64,000 nt of DNA from Leptonemataceae bacterium (lineage in GTDB: Bacteria > Spirochaetota > Leptospiria > Leptospirales > Leptonemataceae): contig OZ245742.1 of NCBI GenBank assembly GCA_965227295.1, forward strand, positions 3,232,001 to 3,296,000. The letters run 5' to 3'. A program made the position numbers and the translations under genes. Positions 29,443 to 39,644 of this stretch are shown piece after piece (positions within the stretch are counted from its first letter, which is position 1; the number at the start of each line of letters is the position of its first letter). The notes below the pieces were generated by a model. It did not search any database. It saw only the letters and a program-made list of their open reading frames with translations, and was not told where the DNA came from.

Positions 29443-32400
29443 TCAGCTTTCGGACACGCGGACGCCCAGGATGCGATAGTTCGTGCGGCCGTTGTGATGC
29501 GTGCGGCTGTAGACGAACTTGAGGACGGAGAACTTTTCGTAATCGGTTTCCGTTTCGTATTCGTACTCCCAGAGATAACGCCAGAGAGAACCGCGGGCGG
29601 AGAAGCCGCGCTCCGGTCGGCGAACGTTTTCGTAGACGGCGCCCAGCAGAATCCGCTGGGAGTACTCGTCGGCATAAGTGTCGGAAAACTCGTGGTACAG
29701 GGCGCCGCCGCCGATCAATTGGTAACTTTCGTTCGGTGTATGTTTGCCCCCGCTGAGGAGCGGGGCGAGAAACCAGGTGGTGCTCCGGGCGGTGCTTTCG
29801 TGTTCGTACCACCACAGCGGAAAAAAACTGTTATGCAACGTGTCGGTGTCGTGTTCGTGGGAAGCCCAGAGGATGTTGGCCGAAAAGCGTTCTTCCTCGG
29901 AACGCACGCCGGCCAGCAATCCGTAACCTGCGTTCATGTGAAGTTTGTCGGGGCCGGTCTCCAGGCTCAGGGAGTTCAGGAGGAGTCCGTAGTCCGCGTA
30001 AGCGCCGCGCACGTCGCGGTCCACCAGGTAGAGGAAGTTGTCCCGGGATTCATCGCCCGCGCGGCGGACGTAAAGTCCGCCGGCAAAGAGCGTGAACTCC
30101 GCAGGTCGCCCGGCGACGTCGCCGGTGGATGCCGGTGTGTACCAACTGTACGCGATGGGTAAAAGATGCAGGGACGTCGTTTCTTCGCCGGGATCGTGGC
30201 CGTAATAGATCGGTGCGACGTAGGTGTAGGCGGAATCGCCGCGGGCCATGTCCTCGTGATAACCGCGATGGGCGAAGACGGGCATGAGCCACAAACGTTC
30301 CAGGCCGCGCTTATGATCCGTGCTGAGATCCGCCAGGAGCAGCAGGTTCGTATGCGTACCGACGGCGTCGCTGCTGTGATAGTAGCCGGGGCCGAAATGT
30401 GTCGCATTGCCGCCGCCGAAAAAGCCGAAGTACAGCGGTGCGACGTGAAAGTGGTCGTTGCGTTCGTAGAAGAGAATCGGTGCCAGGTGCGCGGCGCTCA
30501 GTTCCTGCGCCGCCGGCTCATCCTGCGCAGCGTCCTCCGTATAAGGGACATCATAATCCAGCTGAGCCAGGCCGAGCCAGCTGTATGTCGATTGATCCGG
30601 CGAGCTGTGCGCATAGATGCCCGGTGCCGGAAGGAGCATGGTGTCGCTGTTCGCCGCCGTGTCCTGGGATCGGTAGAACAACGGCGTGATCGTGGTGCTG
30701 CTCCAGCGTTCTGCCGTGGCGACGTTCGCATTGGCGCCGGTATCGCCGCTCGCCGCATTTCGATACCCGTCCACGCGATCGGCGCGGTACCAGAAAAATG
30801 GTAACATGCGTCCGCCGTAACTTTGCGGCGAGCTGTGAAAGTTGGCGAGGGGCCACAGGGCCGTGTGTTCGAAGGAATCCGCCGCGGCGTTGTGTTCGTA
30901 AATATAACCGGCCCACGCAAAAGACACGTAGTTTTCGGTCTTGTTCGACGAGATGTAATGCAGCGGCGAGACCTGGCGGTGGGCCGTCTGTTGCCCTTGC
31001 GAATCGTAGCGGTAATCGTAGAAGAGCGGCAGGAGCCAGCTCTCCGTTTCTTCGAACGCCGTGCCGCCGCCTGCGCCGTCGTGTTCCCGGGCCCGGTAAT
31101 AAAAACCGGGCAGGGACAACCAGCGAAACTCCCGGCTGTTGTCGTAGCGTGTTTGTTCGTAGGTATGGTACAGCGGAACCAACGCTTGCGAGGTTTCATC
31201 GGGTGTTTGGTGAAGATAAAACATCGGCGCGATGGTGAGGCTGCTCCAGGCGTTGTCGGGATCTTCGGCATGCGGATCGCGCTCGGCGCTGTGCCACACG
31301 AGCGGTAAGATGCGACCGCCCCGGCGGTCCGGCGAGCTGTGGTAGTTCGCGATAGGCCAGAGTACCGAGTGTTCGGAGCGTTGCTCCTCGGCATCGTACT
31401 CACGCAAATACCCGAGGGCGAGATACGCTTCCGTAAACGATTTGCCGTCGCGCTGGCGACCGTAGAGCGGAATAAAACCGGGGAACAACGCGAAGTACTC
31501 CGTGTCCTCGCTCTCATTTAAGTAAGAAAGAAACATGCCCGGTACAACCAGGGTGCGGTTCTCGGACGCCTCGTCCCAGGTCAGCCAGGAAAGCGGCAGC
31601 ATGCGAAAGTGGCGGCGGGTATCGGCCTGTTCGTAGGCGACGAGTCCGAAGAAACTCTGGATTCCCCAGAACGTGCGGGCGTTTTCCCGGGAGACGTCCC
31701 GGCGCCGTTCATCGGCGTCTGCCAGGCGATCTTTCGCGCGCCGCCGCTCCGGCTCATCATCGGCGACGTTCGGTTGCTTCGTGCCGTTAAGATCAAACTC
31801 CGCAAAGTTAGCGTTCGGCTCTGTGTCTTTCGGCGCGTCGTCTCCCGTAAGCACGATGCGCGTCGAGAATCGAAACAGACTGTAGAACAGGGCGATGTCC
31901 TGGTCCACGTACCACTCGTTCGTTTCGTTGCGACCGAGGGTGGGCAGCATGCCGCGGTTCCGGCTGATGGAAAGCCCGCTCGCGTTGACGTGGAGATAAC
32001 GTTGTCCGTCGTCGTAGCTGAAGTAGGCCGGCAGTGCCAGGGTGAATTCGCTTTCGGGGTAGTCCCAGGAATAATAGAGCGGGGCGAGCAGTGACGTATG
32101 CGTGTCCGCCGCGCGATCGTAGCTGCGGTAGTACGGGCCGGCCCAGAGCGTGGATGATTCCTGCGCCGTGCCGCCGTGGGTCGTGCGAGCATAGTGCAGG
32201 GGGCTGAAGCTCAGATGTTCGCCGCCGGACTCCGTTTCTTTGTGCGTCGACTGAAAGTAAAACGGCGGCGCATAGACGGCCGTGTTACCGCCGGCGCCGT
32301 TGGGATAATAAAAGAACAGCGGAAACGCGACGAAGCGTTCCAGCTCGCCGTTTGGATTGCGCGCGGTACTTACGTTGCCGTACAACCGGGCGCTGCCGTC

Positions 32401-34335
32401 CCGGGAAGAATCCCGCGCGTAGTAGAGCGGGATGAGCGGTGCCCAGAAGGACGTGGCGTACTCCACGTCCGTGCCGTCGCGTTCCACCCGGTCGCTGTAA
32501 TAGTAGAACGGCGAGATGTGGTTCTCGGATTGTGTCGTTCTGCCGGACGGCGACGCGGTAGCTGCATCACTGTAGTAGGCCAGGGGAGAATAGAACGATT
32601 GTGACTCGCCGCGCTCATTGTGACGCGTCGTCCAGAGGTACGGGGCGCCGAAAGTGTAGGAACGATCGGTGCCGGCCGCGTCGCGATGGCGGGTGTGAAA
32701 GTAGAACGGGACGATCGCGAGCATGCCGTCCGCGCCGGCACTATAATAGAAGAACGGCAGTACCCCGAGGCGCCGCAGTTCGTCTTCGGGGTCCTGCTGC
32801 GTGAAGACGGGGCCGTAGACGCGCGTGCTGCCGGTCTCCGTTGAATCCGAGGCGTAGTAGATCGGAACGAACGGTGCCCGGAACGCCGACGTAACGCCCG
32901 ACTGCGTTTCCCGGTAACTGTACGCGTGCAACGGTGAGGCATGAGCAACGTGTTGACTGCGAGTTTCGCCGCGTCGATCGTCCCGGGCATCGTAGAAACC
33001 CAGCGGTGTGTAGATTGACGACGACTCGTACCGCGTTCCGTTCGAGGCCTGCGCAAAGTACGGTACGCCGAACGTATAGGTCGTATCAATGCCCGCGTGA
33101 TCGCGTACCCGCAGGCGATGGTAGAACGGTACGACGGCCAGGACGCCGGTATCACCGGCGTTCCGTTCGGCCTCATCGGCGGAAGCATAAAAGAAGAACG
33201 GGTAGACGTTCCAGGTATCCACAGCCCCGCCTGCATCGCGACGAATGTGGACGTTGGCGTAAAGACGCGTGGAACCGGCGGCGTCGTCCGAGGCGTAGTA
33301 GACGGGCAGGATCGGAACCGACACGGTCCGCTCGTTGCCGGTGCTGCTGTAATAAAAGAGCGGGGACATGTGCGTCGCGCCGCGGTCCTCGTCCTGGACG
33401 TAGGCGTACAACGGCGGAATCACCAACAGGTCCAGCTCGCCGCTCTCCGTGGTTTCGTAGTATACGTTGCCGACCAGGCGCTGGATTTCTCCGGACTCCT
33501 CGCGGTTCGAAAAGTACAGCGGCATGAGCGGCGACCAGAATGAACTGCGGTAGCTTTCGTTTCCATCGTAGGTGCGGCGGTCGGCGCTGTAAAAATAAAG
33601 CGGGCCCGCGTGAAAGCTCGAATCGAGCGTGGTATCGCCGGATCGCGTGCTGGTTTCGTCGAAGTAGCCGAGCACGCTGATCAAACGAAAGGCGTCCTCG
33701 TTTTCGTTGTCGATGCTGCGTCCGTAGAAGAGCGGGGCCACGGCCAACGACGTGAGATTGCGGCGTTCGTCCCGGCTGTGAAAGAGAATCGGCAGCAGGG
33801 CCCGGCTGCGTTCGCCGCCGCCGGGTTCCACGGAACCCGAGCGGGAATCGACGTAGAGATACGCGATGAGATCAAAACCGCCGCGCTCACCGCCGGCCGT
33901 CGGAAGATCCTCGCGCGTATGCAGGCTGAGCGGCGTGAGCAACACCGAGGCGCCGCCGTGCTCGGTGAACGTGTAAAAAAACGGAAAGACCCAGCCGGAA
34001 CTGCGGCCGTCGGTTTTGCTTTCGAGGCCGGAATAGAACGGATAGATGCTCAGTCGGGAGAAGGCGGGGTAGTCGGTGTAGCGGAAGAGGCCGAAGGCGT
34101 TCAGGGCGTAGTGGCCGTCCCAGTGCTCTTCTTCGACGACCAGGGCATTGATGCGCAGTTTCTGTTCTTTCTCGCTGCCGTAGATGGGACGGCGTTCCAG
34201 GTCCGACCAGTCCGATGGATACGTGACCGGCGTCTGTGCCGCCAGGGAGCCGGCGAGTACCAGGAAGATCACGGCGCCGGGGCAGATCTGCCGGAAAGTC
34301 TTCTGAGAGAGCGATCGGAACAGCTGCGCGTGCAT
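29443..34335 (-). CDS. Giant (about 1630 aa) exported Tyr/Phe/Pro-rich repetitive protein
   Basis: Signal-like VIFLVLAGSLAAQ after ATG 34335; dozens of P(F/L)(F/Y)Y units. Confidence 0.8.
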   Translation of the reverse strand: MHAQLFRSLSQKTFRQICPGAVIFLVLAGSLAAQTPVTYPSDWSDLERRPIYGSEKEQKLRINALVVEEEHWDGHYALNAFGLFRYTDYPAFSRLSIYPFYSGLESKTDGRSSGWVFPFFYTFTEHGGASVLLTPLSLHTREDLPTAGGERGGFDLIAYLYVDSRSGSVEPGGGERSRALLPILFHSRDERRNLTSLAVAPLFYGRSIDNENEDAFRLISVLGYFDETSTRSGDTTLDSSFHAGPLYFYSADRRTYDGNESYRSSFWSPLMPLYFSNREESGEIQRLVGNVYYETTESGELDLLVIPPLYAYVQDEDRGATHMSPLFYYSSTGNERTVSVPILPVYYASDDAAGSTRLYANVHIRRDAGGAVDTWNVYPFFFYASADEAERNAGDTGVLAVVPFYHRLRVRDHAGIDTTYTFGVPYFAQASNGTRYESSSIYTPLGFYDARDDRRGETRSQHVAHASPLHAYSYRETQSGVTSAFRAPFVPIYYASDSTETGSTRVYGPVFTQQDPEDELRRLGVLPFFYYSAGADGMLAIVPFYFHTRHRDAAGTDRSYTFGAPYLWTTRHNERGESQSFYSPLAYYSDAATASPSGRTTQSENHISPFYYYSDRVERDGTDVEYATSFWAPLIPLYYARDSSRDGSARLYGNVSTARNPNGELERFVAFPLFFYYPNGAGGNTAVYAPPFYFQSTHKETESGGEHLSFSPLHYARTTHGGTAQESSTLWAGPYYRSYDRAADTHTSLLAPLYYSWDYPESEFTLALPAYFSYDDGQRYLHVNASGLSISRNRGMLPTLGRNETNEWYVDQDIALFYSLFRFSTRIVLTGDDAPKDTEPNANFAEFDLNGTKQPNVADDEPERRRAKDRLADADERRRDVSRENARTFWGIQSFFGLVAYEQADTRRHFRMLPLSWLTWDEASENRTLVVPGMFLSYLNESEDTEYFALFPGFIPLYGRQRDGKSFTEAYLALGYLREYDAEEQRSEHSVLWPIANYHSSPDRRGGRILPLVWHSAERDPHAEDPDNAWSSLTIAPMFYLHQTPDETSQALVPLYHTYEQTRYDNSREFRWLSLPGFYYRAREHDGAGGGTAFEETESWLLPLFYDYRYDSQGQQTAHRQVSPLHYISSNKTENYVSFAWAGYIYEHNAAADSFEHTALWPLANFHSSPQSYGGRMLPFFWYRADRVDGYRNAASGDTGANANVATAERWSSTTITPLFYRSQDTAANSDTMLLPAPGIYAHSSPDQSTYSWLGLAQLDYDVPYTEDAAQDEPAAQELSAAHLAPILFYERNDHFHVAPLYFGFFGGGNATHFGPGYYHSSDAVGTHTNLLLLADLSTDHKRGLERLWLMPVFAHRGYHEDMARGDSAYTYVAPIYYGHDPGEETTSLHLLPIAYSWYTPASTGDVAGRPAEFTLFAGGLYVRRAGDESRDNFLYLVDRDVRGAYADYGLLLNSLSLETGPDKLHMNAGYGLLAGVRSEEERFSANILWASHEHDTDTLHNSFFPLWWYEHESTARSTTWFLAPLLSGGKHTPNESYQLIGGGALYHEFSDTYADEYSQRILLGAVYENVRRPERGFSARGSLWRYLWEYEYETETDYEKFSVLKFVYSRTHHNGRTNYRILGVRVSES

Positions 34336-34422
34336 GGGCTCATTGGACCGGGAGGATGCCGACACCGTTCGAAAAAAATGTACTTGTGCGGCGCATAATC
34401 CGATGGAATGATGTAGCGAGCA

Positions 34423-34986
34423 ATGGCCCGGACCAAGCTGATCAAACGTTACGCCAACCGGCGACTCTACGACGCCGAGACGAGCAAGACTATCACCCTC
34501 GACGATGTAGCAGAGCTCATCAAGAAAGGCGACGAAGTTCGTGTGGTGGACAACATCACCGGCGAGGACATCACCGCGCGGGTCCTGGGCCAGACGTTTC
34601 TCAAAATCAGCATGGAGCAGCAGAATCTGGAGTTCAGCACCTTCCTGCTGACCTCGCTCATTCGCGAGGTTTCCAACAACGTCTCCAGTCTCTTCAGCCA
34701 GCTCGTGGACGGCGGCATCGGCATCGGTCAGTTGACCCTGGATCGCCTGGAAAAGATCGTCGAGGGCATGGTGGACCAGGGCGATCTGAAAATGTCCGAG
34801 AAGACGGACTACGTGGAGCACATACTGGAACAGCTCGGCAGTGACCGTATCCACGATCGCGCGAAAGAGGGTCTCGGCGTGTTGCGCAGCGAGTTTCTTA
34901 TGTCGTCCAGCGACAAGAAGGTCGAGGAGCTCTCCTCGAAACTGGACGAGATGGCCCGCATCATCCAGGACATGCAAAAAAAGTAG
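34423..34986 (+). CDS. PhaR-like DNA-binding domain protein
   Basis: LIKRYANRRLYDAETSKTITL...VVDNITGEDITARVL. Confidence 0.88.
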   Translation: MARTKLIKRYANRRLYDAETSKTITLDDVAELIKKGDEVRVVDNITGEDITARVLGQTFLKISMEQQNLEFSTFLLTSLIREVSNNVSSLFSQLVDGGIGIGQLTLDRLEKIVEGMVDQGDLKMSEKTDYVEHILEQLGSDRIHDRAKEGLGVLRSEFLMSSSDKKVEELSSKLDEMARIIQDMQKK

Positions 34987-35081
34987 CTCCGGGAAATCTT
35001 GTTTTTGCATTTCCGTCGCCGGCCGTTAAAGTCGACCCCCGGCAGGTCCGAATAGGTACCACAAAAACGGGGTCAACTCTC

Positions 35082-36263
35082 ATGCAGTCTTTACATTCTC
35101 AAGGCGGGTTCGCCGGCATTTCTAAACGGGCCGTGAAGCTTGCCTGCGTGGCGCTTACGATTCTCGGTATCGCCGGTTCTCCCGTGCTGGGCGGAACCCA
35201 GGACGATGCCATCGCCATGTGGCAGGAGATCTACCGCCAGGCGTACCAGGATCTCCGGTACGGCAGCACGTTTGAGAAAATCGAAGCGGCCCGGCTCTTT
35301 GGCCGGCACGGTAAGTCGCGTTACGTGCGTCCGCTGGTTGCCGAGTTGAACTCCCAACTGGACGAGCCGGCGTATCGCAAGACGCCCATCAACGATCCCT
35401 TCGTGAAATCCGAAATCGCCTGGGCCCTCGGCGAGATCGGTCACCCCCACGCTGTCCCCGGTCTGCTGCAGGCCCTGGCCTCGACCCTGGCCATCCTCGA
35501 CTCACAGATTCAGGCGAACGTTGAACGCCGCGAAGCAGAGTACGCCACCGCCGCGGAACTGGAGCAGCAACGCCAGGCCGACGCTCCGGAAGGCGACACA
35601 CCGCCGAAGGTGCGCGTCATCATCCTCGATCCGGATCAGCCCGGTCCTTTTGAACTGGAAGAACTGCGCTATCAATTTCCGTACAGCCCGGACCAATTCT
35701 GGAACGTATCGAACCGTTTTAAGGACATCCCCGCCGTGGATGTTACGGCGGAAGACCATCGCATTCTCCTCGAAGGCGCCACGTACATGAACCTGGTGCG
35801 CGCGCTGCTCACCGCCCTCGGGGAAATCGGTGACGAAGAAGCCATCGAAGGCGCGGACCCGCATCCGGGCGTCAAAGAGTATCTGAACAATCGTTATCCC
35901 TTCGTGCGCTCCATGGCGGCGAAGTCTCTGGGCATGATCGGCACGAAGGCCGCCATGGATTTGCTGGACCAGCGTTACGCTGAAGAACCGGACGAGCGCG
36001 TCAAGGTTCGCATTGCTCTCGCGGTGCTGCGCAACGACAAAACGCGCACGAACTATTACAACGAGTTGGTTCAGTTCCTCGAAAGCGACGTTCACGAGGT
36101 GCGCTTCCAGGCCGCGGTGGCCATGCGCACGGTGGCGATGTACGAAGCCATCGAAAGCCTGCGGGCCGCCCTGGCCATCGAAGCCGATCCGACGATCCGT
36201 ACGATCTTGCAAGAGGCGATCCACCAGTCCACGCTGGACGGAATCATTCCGGTGAATTATTGA
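35082..36263 (+). CDS. Exported HEAT-repeat protein
   Basis: Repeated AWALGEIG, ALGEIGD, AAKSLGMIG, VRFQAAVA; signal-like N-terminus. Confidence 0.8.
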   Translation: MQSLHSQGGFAGISKRAVKLACVALTILGIAGSPVLGGTQDDAIAMWQEIYRQAYQDLRYGSTFEKIEAARLFGRHGKSRYVRPLVAELNSQLDEPAYRKTPINDPFVKSEIAWALGEIGHPHAVPGLLQALASTLAILDSQIQANVERREAEYATAAELEQQRQADAPEGDTPPKVRVIILDPDQPGPFELEELRYQFPYSPDQFWNVSNRFKDIPAVDVTAEDHRILLEGATYMNLVRALLTALGEIGDEEAIEGADPHPGVKEYLNNRYPFVRSMAAKSLGMIGTKAAMDLLDQRYAEEPDERVKVRIALAVLRNDKTRTNYYNELVQFLESDVHEVRFQAAVAMRTVAMYEAIESLRAALAIEADPTIRTILQEAIHQSTLDGIIPVNY

Positions 36264-36380
36264 GAGAGACGTGCGGCTTCTTCCGATCAGGGAGAAGCCC
36301 GCTCTGAGTCCCGGTACTAACGGGGCGAGGTCTTCCCGGATTCCCCTTGCCCCGCCGCATCTTCCAACCAACGTGGCCGT

Positions 36381-37079
36381 ATGCAGCGCTCTTCCGTTGT
36401 TCTTGCAATCATTCTGGGCCTGGCCGTCGCCTGCGGTGACGCGAAGCCCACGGAATCCTCGTACCGCGTCGCCGACGTTCTCAACGACGGCGTGAGCATG
36501 CGCATTGATCCGCTGAGCTCGGCCTCCGAGGTGGACTTTCTCGATCGCGGGGTGAGTGTGAAAGTCGTCGGCCGCACCGATGAAAAGGTGTCCATCGGCC
36601 GCTTCAAAGAGTACTGGTATCGTGTGCGATTGGAGTCCGGCCTGGAAGGATGGGTCTACGGATCGAACCTGTCCATCGGCGATAGCGCCGCGGCCGGTCC
36701 GGTGCGCCGGGGCATGACGGAGCAGCAGTTCCGCGAGGCCGTGGTCGGACAATGGTGGGAAATTCGCACGGACGGCACCAGCGGGTATCGCCGCGTCTAT
36801 CTCTGGCCCGACGGTACTTACAAGTACGCCTTCGGCGATAATCCCTGGCAGGAAGGCAAGTATGCCATGGCGCCCGAGGATCAGCGGCTCACATTCGATC
36901 CGCCGAATGCCATGAGCGATTGGGCCAGCATGAAAAAGATCGGCACGGAGTTCCGATTGTTTTCCGAAAGCGAGGGCAAGAAGATCTCGTTTCGCCGCCT
37001 GCATCTGGACCCCGACGCCCCGGAACCCGGGGAAGAGCCGGAGGTCGTCGAACAACCGGGCGAAGCGAGCGCGCCTTAG
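36381..37079 (+). CDS. Lipoprotein with SH3b-like domain
   Basis: Lipobox LAVAC; YWYRVRLESGLEGWVYG. Confidence 0.8.
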   Translation: MQRSSVVLAIILGLAVACGDAKPTESSYRVADVLNDGVSMRIDPLSSASEVDFLDRGVSVKVVGRTDEKVSIGRFKEYWYRVRLESGLEGWVYGSNLSIGDSAAAGPVRRGMTEQQFREAVVGQWWEIRTDGTSGYRRVYLWPDGTYKYAFGDNPWQEGKYAMAPEDQRLTFDPPNAMSDWASMKKIGTEFRLFSESEGKKISFRRLHLDPDAPEPGEEPEVVEQPGEASAP

Positions 37080-37089
37080 GATTTATTGA

Positions 37090-37200
37090 ACTCCGAGGTC
37101 CGAGGTACCGAGTGTTCAGAACGGAGAGCGATCATGCGCCGCTCGCTGTCAGGATACGATAAGCCTCACCCAAAGACCTCGGTCTCTCGGCCCTCGGAGT
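37090..37200. repeat. ACTCCGAGG inverted-repeat doublet
   Basis: ACTCCGAGGTCCGAGGTACCGAG ... CTCGGTCTCTCGGCCCTCGGAGT. Confidence 0.85.
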
Positions 37201-37220
37201 CGATGGTCCTCTCTTTAAAA

Positions 37221-37949
37221 ATGCAAGCACGTATTAACAAATACTTAGCCAGTGCAGGTTACGGTTCGCGGCGGGAGTGTGAGTCCCTGGTGACCGCCGG
37301 TCGGGTCGAAGTGAACGGGGCGATCGTCCGGGAGTTGCACACCCGGGTCGGTGACGATGACCTGGTTCGCGTGGACGGCAAGGCCGTTCGGCCCGCAGCG
37401 CATCTGCTCTACTACGTGCTCCATAAACCCGCGGGGTACGTGACTTCGCGGCGGGGCGGAAAGAACGAGCGCACCATCTACGATCTTTTGCCGGCGAACC
37501 TGCAGGCGTTGAAGTACGCCGGCCGCCTGGACAAAGAGAGCCGCGGCCTGCTCATCCTTTCGAACGACGGGGACTTCCTCAATGACGTCAGCCATCCGTC
37601 CCGGGCTGGTAAGCTGCTCAAACGCTATCGCATTACCGTGGAAGTGCCGGAGCGACTGCCGCCGGAATCGGAACTGCGCGATCGTTTTCTGCGCGGCATC
37701 GCCGAGGGCGGGGAGTTGTTGCGGGCCCGGGAGGTCGTGGTGGCGGACCGCGAGCGGGGGGTGATCGAAGTGGCTCTGGGCGAGGGGCGCAATCGTCAGT
37801 TGCGGCGCATGTTCCGGGCTCTGAACCTGCGGATTCGTGATCTCTATCGCTACGCCGTGGGGCCGCTGCACCTGGAGCGGAACTGTCGGGCGGACGAGGG
37901 CCGGGTGGTCGAGTTTGATCCGGAACCCCTCCGCCGCGATTCGGCTTGA
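37221..37949 (+). CDS. rRNA pseudouridine synthase (RsuA/RluB family)
   Basis: S4 domain RINKYLASAGYGSRR, HKPAGYVT, GRLDKESRGLLIL, EGRNRQLRRM. Confidence 0.93.
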   Translation: MQARINKYLASAGYGSRRECESLVTAGRVEVNGAIVRELHTRVGDDDLVRVDGKAVRPAAHLLYYVLHKPAGYVTSRRGGKNERTIYDLLPANLQALKYAGRLDKESRGLLILSNDGDFLNDVSHPSRAGKLLKRYRITVEVPERLPPESELRDRFLRGIAEGGELLRAREVVVADRERGVIEVALGEGRNRQLRRMFRALNLRIRDLYRYAVGPLHLERNCRADEGRVVEFDPEPLRRDSA

Positions 37950-37985
37950 CGCCGCCCCGGGAAACTTCAGCCTGCCAGCGATCCT

Positions 37986-39434
37986 ATGCTTTTCGTCACC
38001 GACGAATTTCTGCTCTTCTTCTGCGTCGTTTACCTGCTTTTCTGGACGCTCCCCGATCGCTTTCGCATTCCGCTGCTGATTGTTTCGTCGCTGTTCTTCT
38101 ACGCCACCTGGTCGTTTCTGTTCACCTTTCACCTCCTGCTCGTGGTCACGGTGAACTACCTGGTGATGGAGCTGTGGCGCATTCATCGCAAGACCTGGAT
38201 CTTCGTCGGCCTGCAAATTCTTAACGTCGCGAACATCGGCGTCTTTAAGTACTACTACTTCTTCGCGGACATCATCGGACGGATCATCGGCGACCCGGCG
38301 CTCCACGAGTCCGCCCTGCGCGAGGCCCATCGACTGGAAGGGCACGAGATCTTTCTGCCCCTGGCGATCAGCTTTTACACGTTCCAGATCATGGCCTACG
38401 GCATCGACATCTACCGGGGCGTGTACACGGAGCGGCACCCGTTCTCCCAGGTGCTGTTGTTCAAGTCGTTCTTTCCGCAGTTGATCGCCGGGCCCATCAT
38501 GCGCTCGAACGAACTTCTGCCGCAACTGCGCGATGTGTCCCAGGGCAACGGGCCGCGGCCGGATCTCGATAAACACAAGCGCGGCCTGTGGCTCATTCTC
38601 GCCGGCGTTTTCAAGAAAGTCCTGATCGCGAATCAAATGATCGCTTACGCCGCGCCGCTCTTCAGTCCCGGGAGCGATCCGGACGCCTTTCATCCCGGCT
38701 CCGTATGGCTGGGCACCATCGCCTGTATGATGATGTTGTACGCGGACTTCTCCGCTTATACGGATCTCGCCCGCGGCTTCGGTTTGCTGCTCGGTTTCGA
38801 GATTCCCATTAACTTCAAGGCGCCGTTTTTTATGACGAGCATCGCCGATTTCTGGCGACGCTGGCATCTCACGTTCTCGCGCTGGATTCGGGATTACATT
38901 TTTATTCCGCTGGGCGGCAGTCGCGTAAGTGAAACTCGCGTGTACTTAAACTATCTCGTAACGTTCACCATCGGCGGGCTCTGGCACGGCGCGGCGTATC
39001 CGTTTTTGATCTGGGGCGCGGGCAACGGTCTGTTCCTGGCCGTCGAGGGCGCGCTGGAGAAGCGCGGCATCTCCATGTGGCCGGACAACTGGATCCTGCG
39101 CATCTTTCGTCTGAGCATCGCCTGGTTGTTTTTGATCGTGTCGTCGATGTACTTCTTCGCGCCGAGCGGGGCTTTCGGACTCGCGGCGACGCTGCAAATG
39201 TTCGACTTCACGGCCATGGCCGATTACGAGCTCGCCGTGCTGCCGGGGGCGGAACAGGTTTATTACGCGCTCCTCGCGGTGTTCGTGTTTCATTTATTCG
39301 AAGAAAAGCCGGAGTACTTCACCTGGCTCCGGCGCTACGAAATCTGGCTTCTGCCGCTGGCGGCCCTGGCGTTGATCCTGGCGCTCACGCAGTTTGCCGG
39401 TCAGAACAAGGACTTCTTTTATTTTCAGTTCTGA
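37986..39434 (+). CDS. MBOAT O-acyltransferase (AlgI/DltB-like)
   Basis: PLAISFYTFQ, FFPQLIAGPI, DFSAYTD, DFWRRWHLTFSRWIRDYI, GLWHGA. Confidence 0.93.
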   Translation: MLFVTDEFLLFFCVVYLLFWTLPDRFRIPLLIVSSLFFYATWSFLFTFHLLLVVTVNYLVMELWRIHRKTWIFVGLQILNVANIGVFKYYYFFADIIGRIIGDPALHESALREAHRLEGHEIFLPLAISFYTFQIMAYGIDIYRGVYTERHPFSQVLLFKSFFPQLIAGPIMRSNELLPQLRDVSQGNGPRPDLDKHKRGLWLILAGVFKKVLIANQMIAYAAPLFSPGSDPDAFHPGSVWLGTIACMMMLYADFSAYTDLARGFGLLLGFEIPINFKAPFFMTSIADFWRRWHLTFSRWIRDYIFIPLGGSRVSETRVYLNYLVTFTIGGLWHGAAYPFLIWGAGNGLFLAVEGALEKRGISMWPDNWILRIFRLSIAWLFLIVSSMYFFAPSGAFGLAATLQMFDFTAMADYELAVLPGAEQVYYALLAVFVFHLFEEKPEYFTWLRRYEIWLLPLAALALILALTQFAGQNKDFFYFQF

Positions 39435-39452
39435 GGTTTCCAGGGAAGGATT

Positions 39453-39632
39453 ACTCCGAGGACCGAGGGACCGAGGAAGAACAGGGAGGGTTGTAGATCA
39501 GGGTAAGACGGTTGGTGAATCACGTTGTGGTTGTTTTCTGGTTTCAGCATCCAGGAACCGAGCATAACCTGTCATCATTCAAGCGTCGAAAAAGCCTCCC
39601 TCAAAAAAACTCGAACCCTCGGTCCTCGGAGT
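39453..39632. repeat. ACTCCGAGG inverted-repeat doublet (long interior)
   Basis: ACTCCGAGGACCGAGGGACCGAG ... CTCGAACCCTCGGTCCTCGGAGT. Confidence 0.85.
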
Positions 39633-39644
39633 TCAAAAAGTCTT

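Noticed and set aside
34336..35010. N-terminal extension making the giant ORF 1855 aa
   Set aside because: Mostly the antisense shadow of the PhaR-like gene; a signal-like leader follows ATG 34335.
35502..38867. 517-aa and 540-aa minus-strand ORFs
   Set aside because: Antisense shadows of the HEAT, SH3, pseudouridine synthase and MBOAT genes.
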